64,000 bases of DNA from Tubiluchus corallicola (GCA_030141605.1 JAQGDQ010000952.1:13011-77010); one strand, 5' to 3'; shown: positions 27,635 through 40,547, counted from the first letter of the stretch. The notes: generated by a model not told the origin, from the letters alone. Program-made: numbers and translations.

Positions 27635-27993
27635 TTAAGCCAGTTTCACAGAACTGTCTACGGTCGACAACTCGTACATTTTCTTTGGATCAGGAGTTGA
27701 TCCTGTACCAGATATTCCTGTTGATCCGGGCGTTCCTCTGTTCTCTTTCCTGCGCTGTCTTTCACGCTTGCGCCACCTGATGATGACGTAAATGCCGCCA
27801 TTTAACACGCCACCTATGTTGGAGAAGGTCACCGTGAAGTAGAACATGAAGTAGGGCGGGAAGCTGATGAGTTGCCAGGTGCCAAACAGGGCCAACGCCC
27901 ACCACTGGATGAAGAAGGCTGCAACGAACAGCATCATGGTCTTGGCTGATTCGTGTACGCGTCGCATCGCCATCGCCTGCGAAGTTGCTGATC
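27635..27993 (-). CDS. Orphan 7TM receptor (GPR157/cAMP-receptor-like), exon 4 of 4 (TM6, TM7, C-tail)
   Basis: TTTTCAG acceptor, phase 1; AKTMMLFVAAFFIQWW...SNIGGVLNGGIYVIIR; TAA at 27635-27637. Confidence 0.85.
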
Positions 27994-28067
27994 CTGAAAA
28001 TAACAAAAATTCTTGAATTTATTATTGTGTCTACTGTCTAAATTACCTAGTCTATTGTGTACAAATT

Positions 28068-28957
28068 GCAGTGAGCTAATTAATAGGACGTATACAAGTT
28101 TCACAAGATTCCACAAGATCAAAATGTTTTAATAAACGAGGATTTCCGGTGGCAGTGCTGAGCTCATTAATAGGACGTATACAAGTTTCACAAGATTCCA
28201 CAAGATCCAAATGTTTTAATAAACGAGGATTTCAGGTGGCAGTGCTGAGCTCATTAATAGGACGTATACAAGTTTCACAAGATTCCACAAGATCAAAATG
28301 TTTTAATAAACGAGGATTTCAGGTGGCAGTGCTGAGCTCATTAATAGGACGTATACAAGTTTCACAAGATTCCACAAGATCAAAATGTTTTAATAAACGA
28401 GGATTTCAGGTGGCAGTGCTGAGCTCATTAATAGAACGTATACAAGTTTCACAAGATTCCACAAGATCCAAATGTTTTAATAAACAAGAATTTCAAGTGG
28501 CAGTGCTGAGCTCATTAATAGAACGTATACAAGTTTCACAAGATTCCACAAGATCCAAATGTTTTAATAAACAAGAATTTCAAGTGGCAGTGCTGAGCTC
28601 ATTAATAGGACGTATACAAGTTTCACAAGATTCCACAAGATCCAAATGTTTTAATAAACAAAGATTTCAGGTGGCAGTGCTGAGCTCATTAATAGGACGT
28701 ATACAAGTTTCACAAGATTCCACAAGATCCAAATGTTTTAACAAACAAAGATTTCAGGTGGCAGTGCTGAGCTCATTAATAGGACGTATACAAGTTTCAC
28801 AAGATCCAAATGTTTTAATGAACAAGAATTTCAAGAGGCAGTGCTGAGCTCATTAATAGGACGTATACAAGTTTCACAAGATCCAAATGTTTTAATGAAC
28901 AAGAATTTCAAGAGGCAGTGCTGAGCTCATTAATAGGACGTATACAAGTTTCACAAG
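28068..28957. repeat. 87-bp minisatellite (~10 copies) in GPCR intron 3
   Basis: 29-codon periodicity in ORF 28149-28847. Confidence 0.9.
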
Positions 28958-29195
28958 CAATTAGCAGACCATTCTTCTCAGACGCTGTAAAACCGTTTTT
29001 TCGGTTTATCTAGATTATTCAAGCTACGGAACAAAGAGTGCATTGACCTTGCCTGAGTGACAAACAACATGATGTGCTTTGACGAGAGGAAACCACAACG
29101 GAGGCATTTTACTTGCGGAAGCCAACTTCCTCGACGTGGAGTGTAACTTCCGAAAGATGGCATAAAGGAAAGTGCATCATAGTGCATGGTGAAAG

Positions 29196-29196
29196 T

Positions 29197-29229
<33 letters not shown>

Positions 29230-29614
29230 AGAGAGAGGGAGAGATGGAGAGAGAAAGAAAGAGAGAGAGAGAGAGAAAGAGAGAGGGGGAAGAGAGAGAG
29301 AGAGAGACAGAGAAAGAGGGAGAGAGAGAGAGGAGAGAAAGAGAGAGACAGATGGACAGAGAGAGAGATTGAGAGATGGAGAGAGAGAGTGTGAGAAAGA
29401 GAAAGAAAGAAAGACACTGAACAGAAAGAAAACGAAAGAAAGAGAGAGAGGCACAGAGAGAGGGAAACAGAATGGGAGAAAGAAAGAGGGAGCGAGACAC
29501 TGAACACTGAACACGGAACAGAAAGAAAGAGAGAGAGAGAGAAAGAGAGAAAGGAGAGAGAGAGAGGGTGAGAGAGAGGGAGAGAGAGAGAAAGGAGAGA
29601 GAGAGAGAGAAAAA

Positions 29615-29662
<48 letters not shown>

Positions 29663-29780
29663 AAGAGAGAAAGGAGAGAGAGAGAGAGAGAAAAAGAGAG
29701 AGAGAGGGGGGATCAGCAAGAGAGAAAAAAGAGGCAGAACAGCGTGAGGGGGAGAGAAAAAGAGAAAGAGGAAAAGAGAT
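29196..29780. repeat. Imperfect (GA)n tract
   Basis: Seen directly. Confidence 0.9.
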
Positions 29781-30170
29781 GATTTCAGAACAAATGTTAG
29801 AGTTAAAAACAACGAATGAGCAGAATAATTCGATTAAGTGAGAAATTGGAAAGACAAAGTCACCTTTATTTGCCGTCGTCTCTTTTCATTAGGCCTCTCT
29901 TTTATCCTGCCCAATAATTACAGTTGAACTTTTCAAGTCCCAACTTTTAGCTCAGCTGCAAGCAGTTGCGTAGCGGAGGGTTTTTGTGCTTTAATATTGA
30001 ACTAACACTATTGCAGGAAATTTAGAATGGAGAAAATAAAATGTTCTATGTTCTATGTTCTATGTTTGATGTTTTAGCGTAAGTTTTGTAGTTCTCTCAA
30101 AGACGCCCCACTTTCATCTTTTATTACAGAAATCGTTTTTGGTGGATTATTTAGCACTGTATTGAGAAAC

Positions 30171-30287
30171 TACGGCTAAATCACGTTGAAAACACCAGTT
30201 CTCGTCTGATCACCGAAGTTAAGCAGCGTAGAGCCTAGTTAGTACTTGGATGGGTGACCGCCTAGGAATGCCAAGTGCTGTAGGCTT
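30171..30287 (+). pseudogene. 5S rRNA-like sequence (SINE head, not a functional 5S gene)
   Basis: TACGGC...CTCGTCTGATCACCGAAGTTAAGCAGCG...TTAGTACTTGGATGGGTGACCGCCT...GTGCTGTAGGCTT; no T-run terminator. Confidence 0.85.
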
Positions 30288-30712
30288 GCGGGATGCCCAC
30301 ACTGTATCTCGACACTCTGTGGAGGAGCTACACAAGCAGCCACCGGCTAGAGGACGGAGGAGGTCAAGTGACCCAACGGCCATGTGTAGAGGAGTAAACC
30401 TTCCAAATCAGGAGTGGAGCCCCGAAGGCAGACCAGTGCAGCATGCTCACTGACTCCGGCAGCTCCTGCAGCCAACCTGGTGCCAAACGTATCGCTCCGC
30501 TTTCCTTTGGACTACATCAGGGAGGAAGAGAGGGGGTTCCTGTTGTCTGGGCAACTCAGGATCTCCATACACCTTGCCCAGGCGTGCGCCCTGGAGACGT
30601 TCAAGGATCGCACTGCTCAGCCACAGTCGACGCTGCAGCTCCATCAATGTGATCAATAGCTGACTCTCTTGACGCACACTCCATTGTCTTCCGAGACAGA
30701 AGGATGCCAACC
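30171..30712 (+). mobile_element. Full-length 5S rRNA-derived SINE (SINE3) with RTE-derived tail
   Basis: 5S-like head to 30287; tail encodes SRIALLSHSRRCSS and ends ...GAGACAGAAGGATGCCAA; TSD ATTGAGAAAC at 30161-30170 and 30713-30722. Confidence 0.9.
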
Positions 30713-30802
30713 ATTGAGAAACTCTGGCACTTTCAATCCTTAGGACAATCGTCAAAAGTAATGTCGTTGGGACTACAACACGGGCTGCGCTTAGCACGCT
30801 TA

Positions 30803-31510
30803 GGGGTATTTCACAGTGAGGACGCAACAAAAATGACACACAGGATTGCTGTCAGAAAATCAGAAAATTTGCGATTTTTCTGAAAATCCCACGGAGCAAG
30901 AAAGTTCATTTCACAGTGAAGTCTAAATTAAGTTATACTTGTCGTATTTCTCGTATACAAAGCACAATTAATGATTTTAGTCAATGTAATGTCAAGACAC
31001 GTTTGCTTTTTTAGTAAAGTTGTACTAACCACTTCAAAATTTGAAAATATGCATATATAAAATAAATATGTGCGTGCGTAATTTTCCTTTTTTACGAGTA
31101 TAGGCATCGACGTTGCATTGAAAAAATATATAATCGTCTGTTTGTTAAAAGAGAGATTGAATGTTAGAATTTTATGCTGAAACGTGATAATTGTTGTTCA
31201 TTAAACAAGAAAGAAGGAATTGAACAGGTAATTTTTTGTCTAAATTCCGCTAGCACGAAAATGGAACATGCTACCGTGCGGCAAAACTCCTCACGAGGAG
31301 GACGCATAGCTTCTAGCAGGCAGCAAAATTCCTCACGAGGAGGACGCATAGCTTCTAGCAGGCAGCAGAATTCCTCACGAGGAATTACACGAGGAAATTT
31401 TTCATGAGGTGCAACTGTGTAATGCGCCGTGTGCTCTGCGTTTGTGTGAAATGCCGCAGGGAATTCCTTCTCGAGGCATTTCTCTGCGCGTCCTCACTGT
31501 GAAATGGGCT
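30803..31510. mobile_element. MITE (Harbinger-like)
   Basis: TIR ATTTCACAGTGAGGACGC / GCGTCCTCACTGTGAAAT; internal 45-bp duplication. Confidence 0.7.
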
Positions 31511-31880
31511 TTAAGAGACATTTTCTGGTGAGAACTGATGCAGCCAGTACGTACATCTGGGCTGTAAAAGCGAAATAGTAAAGATTTTATGGCTTCTTGA
31601 CATGAAATGAAAGTCGTGTTATTCGAAAAACTAAAAGCAAATTTGAAGCAGCATTAGTCAAAAATCGTTTGTTTTGTAATAAACATGAAACTCGCGGTGA
31701 AGTGCAATTTGCTTCTTTTATGCTACAATGTGGAACCTTGGCGTTCTGTAATTATCTTACAGCTAGAGCTATTTACTTTGTTTGAGGTAATAACCGAGAT
31801 CTTTAAAAACGCATGACGATGAATAGTGCCTTACGCTTCAGTTTACAAGTAATAATAATAATAATTATAATAATAATAAT

Positions 31881-31934
<54 letters not shown>

Positions 31935-32136
31935 AATAATAATAATAATAATAATAATAATTTTGCTTATGACACATAGTCCACGGATAACACCTTAATA
32001 ACTCATAACTTGTTTCCAACGATGATGATGGTGATGATGGTGATGAAAGCGACGACGACGACGAAAACAACAGTCATCTTAATGAAAGTCATAGCATTTG
32101 CTTTCTCGTTCACAACACCATTCTTGTGAGACTGTT

Positions 32137-32220
32137 GCCGGGTGGTGCAGCTCAATGCAAGCGTGCTCTCTTTTCACCCGGGAGGTCGAGGTCTCAATTC
32201 CCGACTTAGTCATACCAAAT
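32137..32220 (+). mobile_element. Degenerate tRNA-derived SINE head
   Basis: A-box-like GGTGCAGCTCAATG and B-box-like GGTCTCAATTCCC, followed by GTCATACCAAA. Confidence 0.35.
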
Positions 32221-32290
32221 CGTACCGTTATATCAAAATCATTTGATCGTTATCATTTCAACATCATCATCGTCGTCATCAGCATCATCG

Positions 32291-32323
<33 letters not shown>

Positions 32324-33063
32324 CCATGGTCGTCGTCATCATCATCATCGTTATCATCATCATCATCATCACCATCGTCGTCGTCATCATCATCATCGTC
32401 ATCATCATCCTCATGACCATGGTCGTCGTCATCATCATCATCGTTATCATCATCACCATCGTCGTCGTCATCATCATCATCGTCATCATCATCACCATCG
32501 TCGTCGTCATAGTCATCATCATGATGTCATTATTATTATCAACGTCATCATAACAACAATAACAACAAAAATATTTACACAATTATAATGTTGACTAAAC
32601 CGTAACGCAACAGCAGCAGCAGCAACTACAACAACAACAGCTGCAACGCCACTGTTACGTCATGATTTTGTTAAGCATAATGTATCATGGCAAAGCATAA
32701 ACGCGTTGCCTCTCTGATCAAAGCCAAGAGACAAGAATAAACTGGTACATCAAGAAATATTGTTACAAAGTGCTTTTTAGACGGCACAAATGGAGGGGGG
32801 GTGGTATCACAATAATGCATAATAATTAATGAATGAATGCGGGGGCATCTCAATAATGAATGTCAATAATGAATAATAAATAATGAATGAATATGGAATG
32901 AAAAATACTCATGTTAGATGTCACCAATGTAAATCATGTACAAAAATAAGAATACCTCCCAATAAACCATTTTCTTCTCATATTTAAGTAATTATTATAC
33001 CGAGCAACTTTCAGAAACATTACTGGCTGTGCATTGTGTACAGTCTATTATAATTTTAGGTAC

Positions 33064-33203
33064 CTTTTATAGTAAGTGCTTGATCACGTATGGTTTTCCA
33101 AGTGGATACATAAAGTATGCTATTGATGAACAAAACTAGCAGCAAAGGAATCGTGGTGTAGAACAAACCGGATGTGGCACCTTTCACACCGTCAAAATAA
33201 CAG
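33064..33203 (-). CDS. Orphan 7TM receptor, exon 3 of 4 (ECL2, TM5); absent from the ORF track
   Basis: TTTTCAG acceptor; phase 2 in, phase 1 out; FCYFDGVKGATSGLFYTTIPLLLVLFINSILYVSTWKTIRDQALTIK; joins exons 2 and 4 in frame. Confidence 0.85.
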
Positions 33204-34245
33204 CTGAAAAAAGATTTGACAATTCAAATTCTCGCTATCATCGTCATCATCATCATCGTCGTCGTCGTCATCTTCATCGTCGTCGTTGTCGTCATCATCA
33301 TCACAATAGCCATCATTTTGTCGTCGCCATCAATATCATCGTCGTCGTCGTCGTCACCATCATCATCATCATCATTATCACCGTCACCACCATCACCATC
33401 ATCATTACCATCATCATCAACTAAATCATCATCATCATCATCATCATCACAGTCATCGTATTCATCATTGTCGTCGTTGTCCTCATCATCATTAGTGTCG
33501 TCACTTTCAAAACTAACTGATGTTAAGACGAGAGCGAAAACAGGCAAATGACAGCAACAGCAACAGCAACAGCAACAATAAATGTAATGAAGGAATAGAT
33601 TGTAAATGCCAGAAAGAAATGTGAATAAATTGATGAATATGAATTTTTGTAGATAATTAATGGAGTTATCAGCTGAATTAGATTCAGTTGATAAACTCAC
33701 GCCTCCCTGATTTCGTTAAATAAATTTACACGGTTGAACAAGAAACTCATCCAGCTGGCAGCCCGAATTTAATGCGTTAGAATTGTCACACGAGTTATAG
33801 AAAGTGCAGGTGTAGTGTTCGAGAAAGACACTATTGTTTAACAAGGATACATGCAGAGTAGGAGCTAATTAGGATGAGGTCTAGAGCGATTAAGTTGTCG
33901 CATGGAAATAATTTAATGATAGGAGCCAAGGTCTCTATCACTGCTCAGCGACATTAGATGGAAATCTGAAGATTTGTCGACAAGACGCAATGAGGATCTC
34001 AAAGCTGATGGAATTTAAGAAACTCATTACTGGTTGTAAAATCAGAAGTGAAAGGAAAGTCGCTTAGGAAGGGGCAGGATAGGAAAAAAATTTTCCCCGT
34101 TTTCCTTTAATATGAAGTAAACTATAAATGACTACTGATAAAGGAGAAAGAAGAGAAGAAAGTTGGGGTTTTTTATTTATTTAAAACAAAAAAGTTTTCA
34201 AAATGTCAAAAGTATTTGATACCACTTATGTTAAAGCTCACTTAC

Positions 34246-34481
34246 AATACACCGTTTGGTCCAAACTGCCCCAGACACGCAATGATTACAGCACCACAAA
34301 AAGGAGCTCCAAACGTCCAGAGAAGCAAGTAGCAATCGTAAGGACCAAAGTTCAACTTCTTGCCGAAGACCACAAGGCAGAAGCAGTTGATGGCGACAAC
34401 GTTGACCATGGAATTCTGCGCTGTAATAAATTCGGCTAACATGAAGCCAAAAATGGCGCACTCCGGGAGGGGAATGTTGTC
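34246..34481 (-). CDS. Orphan 7TM receptor, exon 2 of 4 (TM3, TM4)
   Basis: TTTCAG acceptor, GTAAG donor; DNIPLPECAIFGFMLAEFITAQ...LLLWTFGAPFCGAVIIACLGQFGPNG. Confidence 0.85.
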
Positions 34482-34839
34482 CTGAAATAATTTAAATTGT
34501 GACAAATTACGATTTAGAACAATTTATCACTGAACCTAAAACGAAAACTACGGATATGTAGAACAGCCAACTAAAAATGGAATTTCAATTTCATTTCAAT
34601 TTCGACTTGTGATTTTGAAACTGAAATTAGTTTTTGAGTTCCTCTTTCAGCCATGACGTCAGCAATTTTTTGTTCTGTTTTTTTTTTGGTTAAATGTTTT
34701 AGCAGAAACAAAATTTATTATTATTTTTCTTGTCAGGTATTTTAAAAATTGCCAGCTCATAATAAACAGAAAACAATGTAGTCATGTGAACGGGACCTAA
34801 GTAAGTTTCTTTTGGTGCAAAAGAACTATTGAAGGTAAC

Positions 34840-35220
34840 TAGAATTAGTTCATTTTCTAAAAATGTTAGTGAACCTTGAATTAGTCTCTTTTCTAAGAAG
34901 TTAGAGAACCTTGAATTAGTTCATTTTCTAAAAAGTTAGAGAACCTTGAATTAGTTCATTTTCTAAAATAGTTAGAGAACCTTGAATTAGTTCATTTTCT
35001 AAAAAGTTAAGGAAATCTTGAATTAGTTCATTTTCTAAAAAGTTAAGGAAATCTTGAATTAGTTCATTTTCTAAAAAGTTAAGGAAATCTTGAATTAGTT
35101 CATTTTCTAAAAAGTTAAGGAAATCTTGAATTAGTTGATTTTCTAAAAAGTTAAGGAAATCTTGAATTAGTTCTTTTTCTAAAAATTCAGAGCAACTAGG
35201 AAATTGGATTAGTTCATTTT
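34840..35220. repeat. 35-36-bp minisatellite (~10 copies)
   Basis: Unit CTTGAATTAGTTCATTTTCTAAAAAGTTAAGGAAAT. Confidence 0.9.
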
Positions 35221-35854
35221 GTCACGGAAGTACTTTGGGAAATGAAAATAGTTCTTTTTCTTGCCAGAGAACTAGAGTTTGAACAAACTCCTAAAATTGA
35301 CCCGACCCTGTCCAACCCTGGTTATTTGTAACATTTCGCTGTGCAAAACTGTAACTGCATTTCGTTCGCCACAAGATCTTACGATTAAAGGAAAGAACAA
35401 GTCACTTAGCAGGTTGAGTTCGTTTTACTCCTATCACTTAAGTCAGTTTATACTGAGGCTGAATAGAAATTTCACTAAGTGCCTTTCCGTAAGTGCACAG
35501 TATTTACAAAAGATTACAGTAATAGTATTAGTAGCACTAACGCGTAGTACTTACGTGGGGGTACTGTTAATTTACATAGCGCTTACATCTACGCAGGCTG
35601 CGCAACTGCTTGTGGTGTGTTATAACACACGCGCTTTATATGGACATCAAAGGATGCGCATCTTCCGAGAACAATAAGAGTTTTTAACACGAGATCCTAA
35701 AATCTGACACCCTCAAAATTTGACGCGACAGCCTAGTTAGATTTTTGATAAATACGCCCATGTTAATTACATATCTTGATTAGAATAGGTTCTGTAACAT
35801 AATAAGACATTAAAGTTTTAGGCCTTTCAAGTGTAGACACGCGCAAGACATTAC

Positions 35855-36196
35855 CTCGAGAGCAACGATGTAGGCGTGGTCCATCGTGTGTGAGATGTTG
35901 AAGAACATGTCACATAGTGCAAGATACACCACCAGTCTCTCGCTGGTGTTCCATTTAAAAAAGTTCTTTCCCTTGTTCGCACGATTGAAGAAAAATGAGC
36001 ATACGATCACGGTGATTCCGCAAGCTATGCTTAGCTGTATGCAAGTCAATGCGGATATGTGTAGCAGGTAGAATTCTGTGGTAGCCACGCCACATTCTGC
36101 TCCATATAGCGGTAGATCGTAGCCACTAGTGGCATTTGCCGTATTCTTATACACGCTTTCTACGTTGCAGTCGCTGTTGTTGGTCTGATTGTCCAT
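35855..36196 (-). CDS. Orphan 7TM receptor, coding exon 1 of 4 (N-terminus, TM1, TM2); spliced CDS 1077 nt, 358 aa
   Basis: MDNQTNNSD... (sequons), TM1, then ERLVVYLALCDMFFN; donor GAG|GTAAT, phase 0. Confidence 0.85.
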
Positions 36197-36906
36197 GTTC
36201 GTTTGATTTTTGGCCTCTTTACACAATGTTAACACTAGAAGTCAGGCCTGTTAAAGTTTGTGTAGGCCAAAGCGTATAACTTCACTTCAATGCTTTTGCA
36301 TTTAATGTCGCTTCAGTCAAATATTGTTTCTACAGCACCAAAATCAACGCTTTACGTCACAATTGAACAATTCCTTTCAAAAGTATCAACACTATAAGCC
36401 TCACTATTAACTATAGCCAGTTTAGCTTCAACACTTCTCAATTACCTTATTTAATGGCTGACTGAAGCAGAAGTGAGGAAGGTTATTAATCCACAACTTC
36501 CTCTCCCAACAATCCCATCCTGTGACGTCAAAAAGTGTGAAATTTTATCCCGGTATTTCTCGCAGGCGTTTATGGGTAAAAGAGGATGTTTTGTTCAATT
36601 GGGAAATTTATCGAAACTCAGAGAAAATAAGGTCAATAAGGATGTTCACAGATCACAACCTGTCGAAAATCTTGAAGCATTTTAGGTGCTATGCAACAAG
36701 AGCATTTATCAACACGTGTTCCTCGTGAGGACATTGGGAAATTACACATTATCGCCTCCTGGAGAGGTGGGAATTGACTTTGCTTTCATACGTGTTTAAT
36801 TACAGTCATAATTACCAGACGAAGTTTACGAAAATTTCTCCATTAGGAAGCTCAGTAAACCTACAGTAAGCCATGTTTCTGAGAAAAGCTAGCTTTAAAA
36901 CTCCAG

Positions 36907-37087
36907 AAAATTCTAAAGTTTAACAATGTCATCATTTATAACCTTGAAGTGCAAAATAGTAATAAGAGTCAAGCAGCGATCTACAGTGTGGACGACTACT
37001 AGATTCTGCAGTCGAAACGTTTGACATGTTATTAGTATTTTGCACTTCAAAGTTATAAATGATGACATTGTTAAACTTTAGAATTTT
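36907..37087. repeat. Long hairpin: ~66-bp inverted arms around a 48-nt loop
   Basis: 36907-36972 pairs with 37021-37087 with few mismatches. Confidence 0.85.
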
Positions 37088-37559
37088 ATTCTAAAGTAAA
37101 ACGTATTTTTAATCTTATTGACAAGATACGGTAATTTTAAATTTTATTTAGTTAGTGACTTGTGCGCTACGAATGCTCTGATTATTTTTTCAAACTTTAA
37201 AAAATGTTATCTAAACTTGCTTCAAATGACTTGTTGCAAATGGCTGCGTCTAACGATCATCACGGGAGTTTAAATTTACATGTTTTATACAGCGTGACTG
37301 CCGATTGAAGTCCTGCACGCAAAAACACAGTATGTAAGCGATATAAAATTTCAAAACGAATTTTTAAGCTTTATGTTTATAAAGGGTTTCCTTGTGCTTT
37401 AATATCATCGTGTGTTGTCCACTAATGTGAATGAAGAAAGGGAATTTTTTCACTCGAATCTAACGTAGGAGGCTGGTAACCGATAAGCAGACGAGAAGAG
37501 CTTATCGGTTATCAGCCTCTTATAACAGTAAGCCTCTTAAAGGAGAGAACAGACAGCAT

Positions 37560-38955
37560 AATTACCTCAAAGTACCATGGAATCACTTGTACAAAACATA
37601 CTACAACTTGTTTCCCAATTCCTTTACAAATCCAATTACTGCAAATCTTAAACATCGTTTTACAAGGTTCAACGAATATCATGTCCCTTACTGCCGTACT
37701 AATGGTGCCAGGCACTTTATTAAATTCACAGCCCACGACAACTGGAATAAAATAAGTGCCCAAGTAAAAACGCACAAAACTATTTTTTCGTTTCAAAAGG
37801 TACTTGAAAAGAACCACCCTTGATGGTTCTTTACATTATAATTCAATCTTGATGCTTCCATGCCACATGCAGTCGCAATGTATGTCCTCCCATTAATTAT
37901 AATACACTATTGTAATATAGCTCTATGTAAACTTAAACATGCAGTGTGGTCGTTTCCTCCCCTCCTTCCTATCTCTAGTCTTACTATTTTTTCTATTCCA
38001 TCATGTCTACTAACCCTAACCATTCTTTCATTCACTCATCCTCCCCTCCTTTCCTTCTACCTATCTCTAATCTTACTATTTTCTTCCATTCCATCATGTC
38101 TACTAATCCTAACCATTCTTTCATTCACTCATCCTCCCCTCCTTTCCTTCTACCTATCCCTAATCTTACTATTTTTTCCATTCCATCATGTCTACTAATC
38201 CTAACCATTCTTTCATTCACTCATCCTCCCCTCCTTTCCTTCTTCCTATCCCTAATCTTACTATTTTTTTCCATTCCATCATGTCTACTAACCCTAACCA
38301 TTCTTTCATTCACTCATCCTCCCCTCCCTTCCTTCTTCCTATCCCTAATCTTACTATTTTTTCCATTCCATCATGTCTACTAACCCTAACCATTCTTTCA
38401 TTCACTCATCCTCCCCTCCCTTCCTTCTTCCTATCCCTAATCTTACTATTTTTTCCATTCCATCATGTCTACTAATCCTAACCATTCTTTCATTCACTCA
38501 TCCTCCCCTCCCTTCCTTCTACCTATCTCTAATCTTACTATTTTCTTCCATTCCATCATGTCTACTAATCCTAACCATTCTTTCATTCACTCATCCTCCC
38601 CTCCCTTCCTTCTTCCTATCTCTAATCTTACTATTTTCTTCCATTCCATCATGTCTACTAATCCTAACCATTTTTTCAAACACTCATCCTCCCCTTCCTT
38701 CCTTCTTCCTATCTCTAATCTTACTATTTTCTTCCATTCCATCATGTCTACTAACTCTAACCATTCTTTCATTCACTCATTTGTGCCACCTTAACAAGCC
38801 AAGCTTTCAAGGTGCCATACAGCAACTCTTTTATTTGGTTAATTTGACTTTGTCAATGTTTTTTTACCTATACTGTTTCTTTTTTTTTCAATAATATTGT
38901 ATGTTGATGTATTGTATATGTATTGCTGGAGTGAAATAAATTGATTAATTGATTG
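37560..38955 (+). mobile_element. CR1/L2-group LINE 3' end with 92-93-bp minisatellite in the 3' UTR
   Basis: VPYCRTN...IKFTAHDNWNKISAQVK...SFQKVL; ~9 repeat units; AATAAA then (ATTG)-like tail. Confidence 0.75.
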
Positions 38956-39948
38956 AGAGTCACGTTAATAAAACTTAGATTAGCTAAGTGTGATATGCAG
39001 TTGCATGCTAGTGGCTAAAACACGTCTACTAGTTGACTGCTTTTAAGATATAAGCAAATATTTACTTTAAAACAAACACAGTCTGTGCAAACTCTCCTCG
39101 TTAAATTAAAAACAAAATCTATATTTACATTATAAAATATTAATTTTAATGTAACAATAATTTATCCTGACAAACATGGGAAAATCTGGAGAGGAAAATG
39201 CTGACACAAATCATTCTCTCGGTTATATTTCATTCGCAATATAACATTACTGTCGACAAACGCAACATCTAACAGTAATGCTGGCTAATGTGCACACATA
39301 ATGAATGTGTATATCATATTATATTATTATGGCATATTATTATGTTATAAATATAAAACGATCGTCTATCCGCTTTACACACAATCATCAACCTGAATAG
39401 TTTAGCATCACTTCAAATTCTTCATTTTCTAATCTCTGACGTGATCCATCTTATTGCTTCACAAAGACTTACATCTCTAACTAGTGTAATTGTTTTTCTA
39501 CCTATTCTTATCTATAGCAACACACTTAGCAATAGAGTTACTGGCACTTATACTTGGCCACTGGTCAGTGGATAAAAGAACAGTAATATCAATTATGAGG
39601 GTTTCCCTCAGTTCTTTGTTAGCTTGAATTTTGTTGACTTTCAAAAATTAACTTCCTTTTTCAACTTCAAGACTTTTTTAACACAGAAAATCACCCCTTT
39701 CAAAATGAAGCACCTTGTTTGTTTAAAAACGAATAAATCATATGCAGGAAAGACTGTCAGAACTTTTACAGTCTGGGATGAATCTTTCACTATGTTGTGA
39801 TGAGGCAAAATTATTACTTTAAATTTATCATATTGATTCATAACTACCACTTTCTAACGTAGCTGCTTTTAGCCACGTAGCACTTTTACTGAATGACTAT
39901 GGCGGTGCTAATGTCTTTTTACTGAGAATAGCTGTATTGCTGGCATTT

Positions 39949-40547
39949 TTACAGGTAAAAAAGGTGACTTGCTACAACTAAGAATACTAATGCAAAGGCT
40001 TCATTCAGTTTACATTGTGTGCCATACAGCTCACTTGAAGAGCTAGCTGATGTTGTAGTGATTGAGCTTGTTGTAGACGACTCAGTGGTTGAGCTCACTG
40101 TAGACGGTTCAGTAGACGGCTCAGTGGTTGAGCTCACTGCAGGCGACCCAGTGGTTGAGTTCTCTGCAGATGGTTCAGTAGACGGCTCAGTGGTTGAGCT
40201 CACTGTAGATGGTTCAGTAGGCGACCTAGTGGTTGAGCTCACTATAGACGACTCAGAGGTTGAGCTCACTGTAGACGACTCAGAGGTTGAGCTCACTGTA
40301 GACGACTCAGAGGTTGAGCTCACTGTAGACGACTCAGAGGTTGAGCTCACTCTACACGGGTCATTGGTCGAACTCATTGTAGACGGCTCAGTGGTTTGGT
40401 TTGTTGCATCGTAACAATAGTCAAAGTCTGCTTTTGTAGCTGTTTTGTAATTTCCATTTTCTGATTGTCGGCATTGAAAATCATCTTTTAGCTTCCACGG
40501 TTTGTTGAAAACCCAACTGATGTCACAGTCGCATGTGAAATTATTTC
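39949..40547 (-). CDS. LRR surface protein, exon 2 (LRR C-cap, Ser/Thr mucin stalk, hydrophobic GPI-like tail)
   Basis: TTTTTATAG acceptor, phase 1; GNNFTCDCDISWV...C...C; SSTSESSTV repeats; ends AFALVFLVVASHLFYL-stop. Confidence 0.85.

Noticed and set aside
28149-28847. 232-aa repeat protein
   Set aside because: An 87-bp intronic tandem repeat that happens to be a multiple of three; no ATG start, no domain.
30171-30287. Functional 5S rRNA gene
   Set aside because: Diverged, lacks an oligo-T terminator, is fused to a repeated body and is flanked by a TSD; it is a SINE head.
37860-38894. Hydrophobic membrane-protein-like ORFs (also 42756-43382)
   Set aside because: Pyrimidine-rich 92-93-bp repeat in a LINE 3' UTR with shifting frames.
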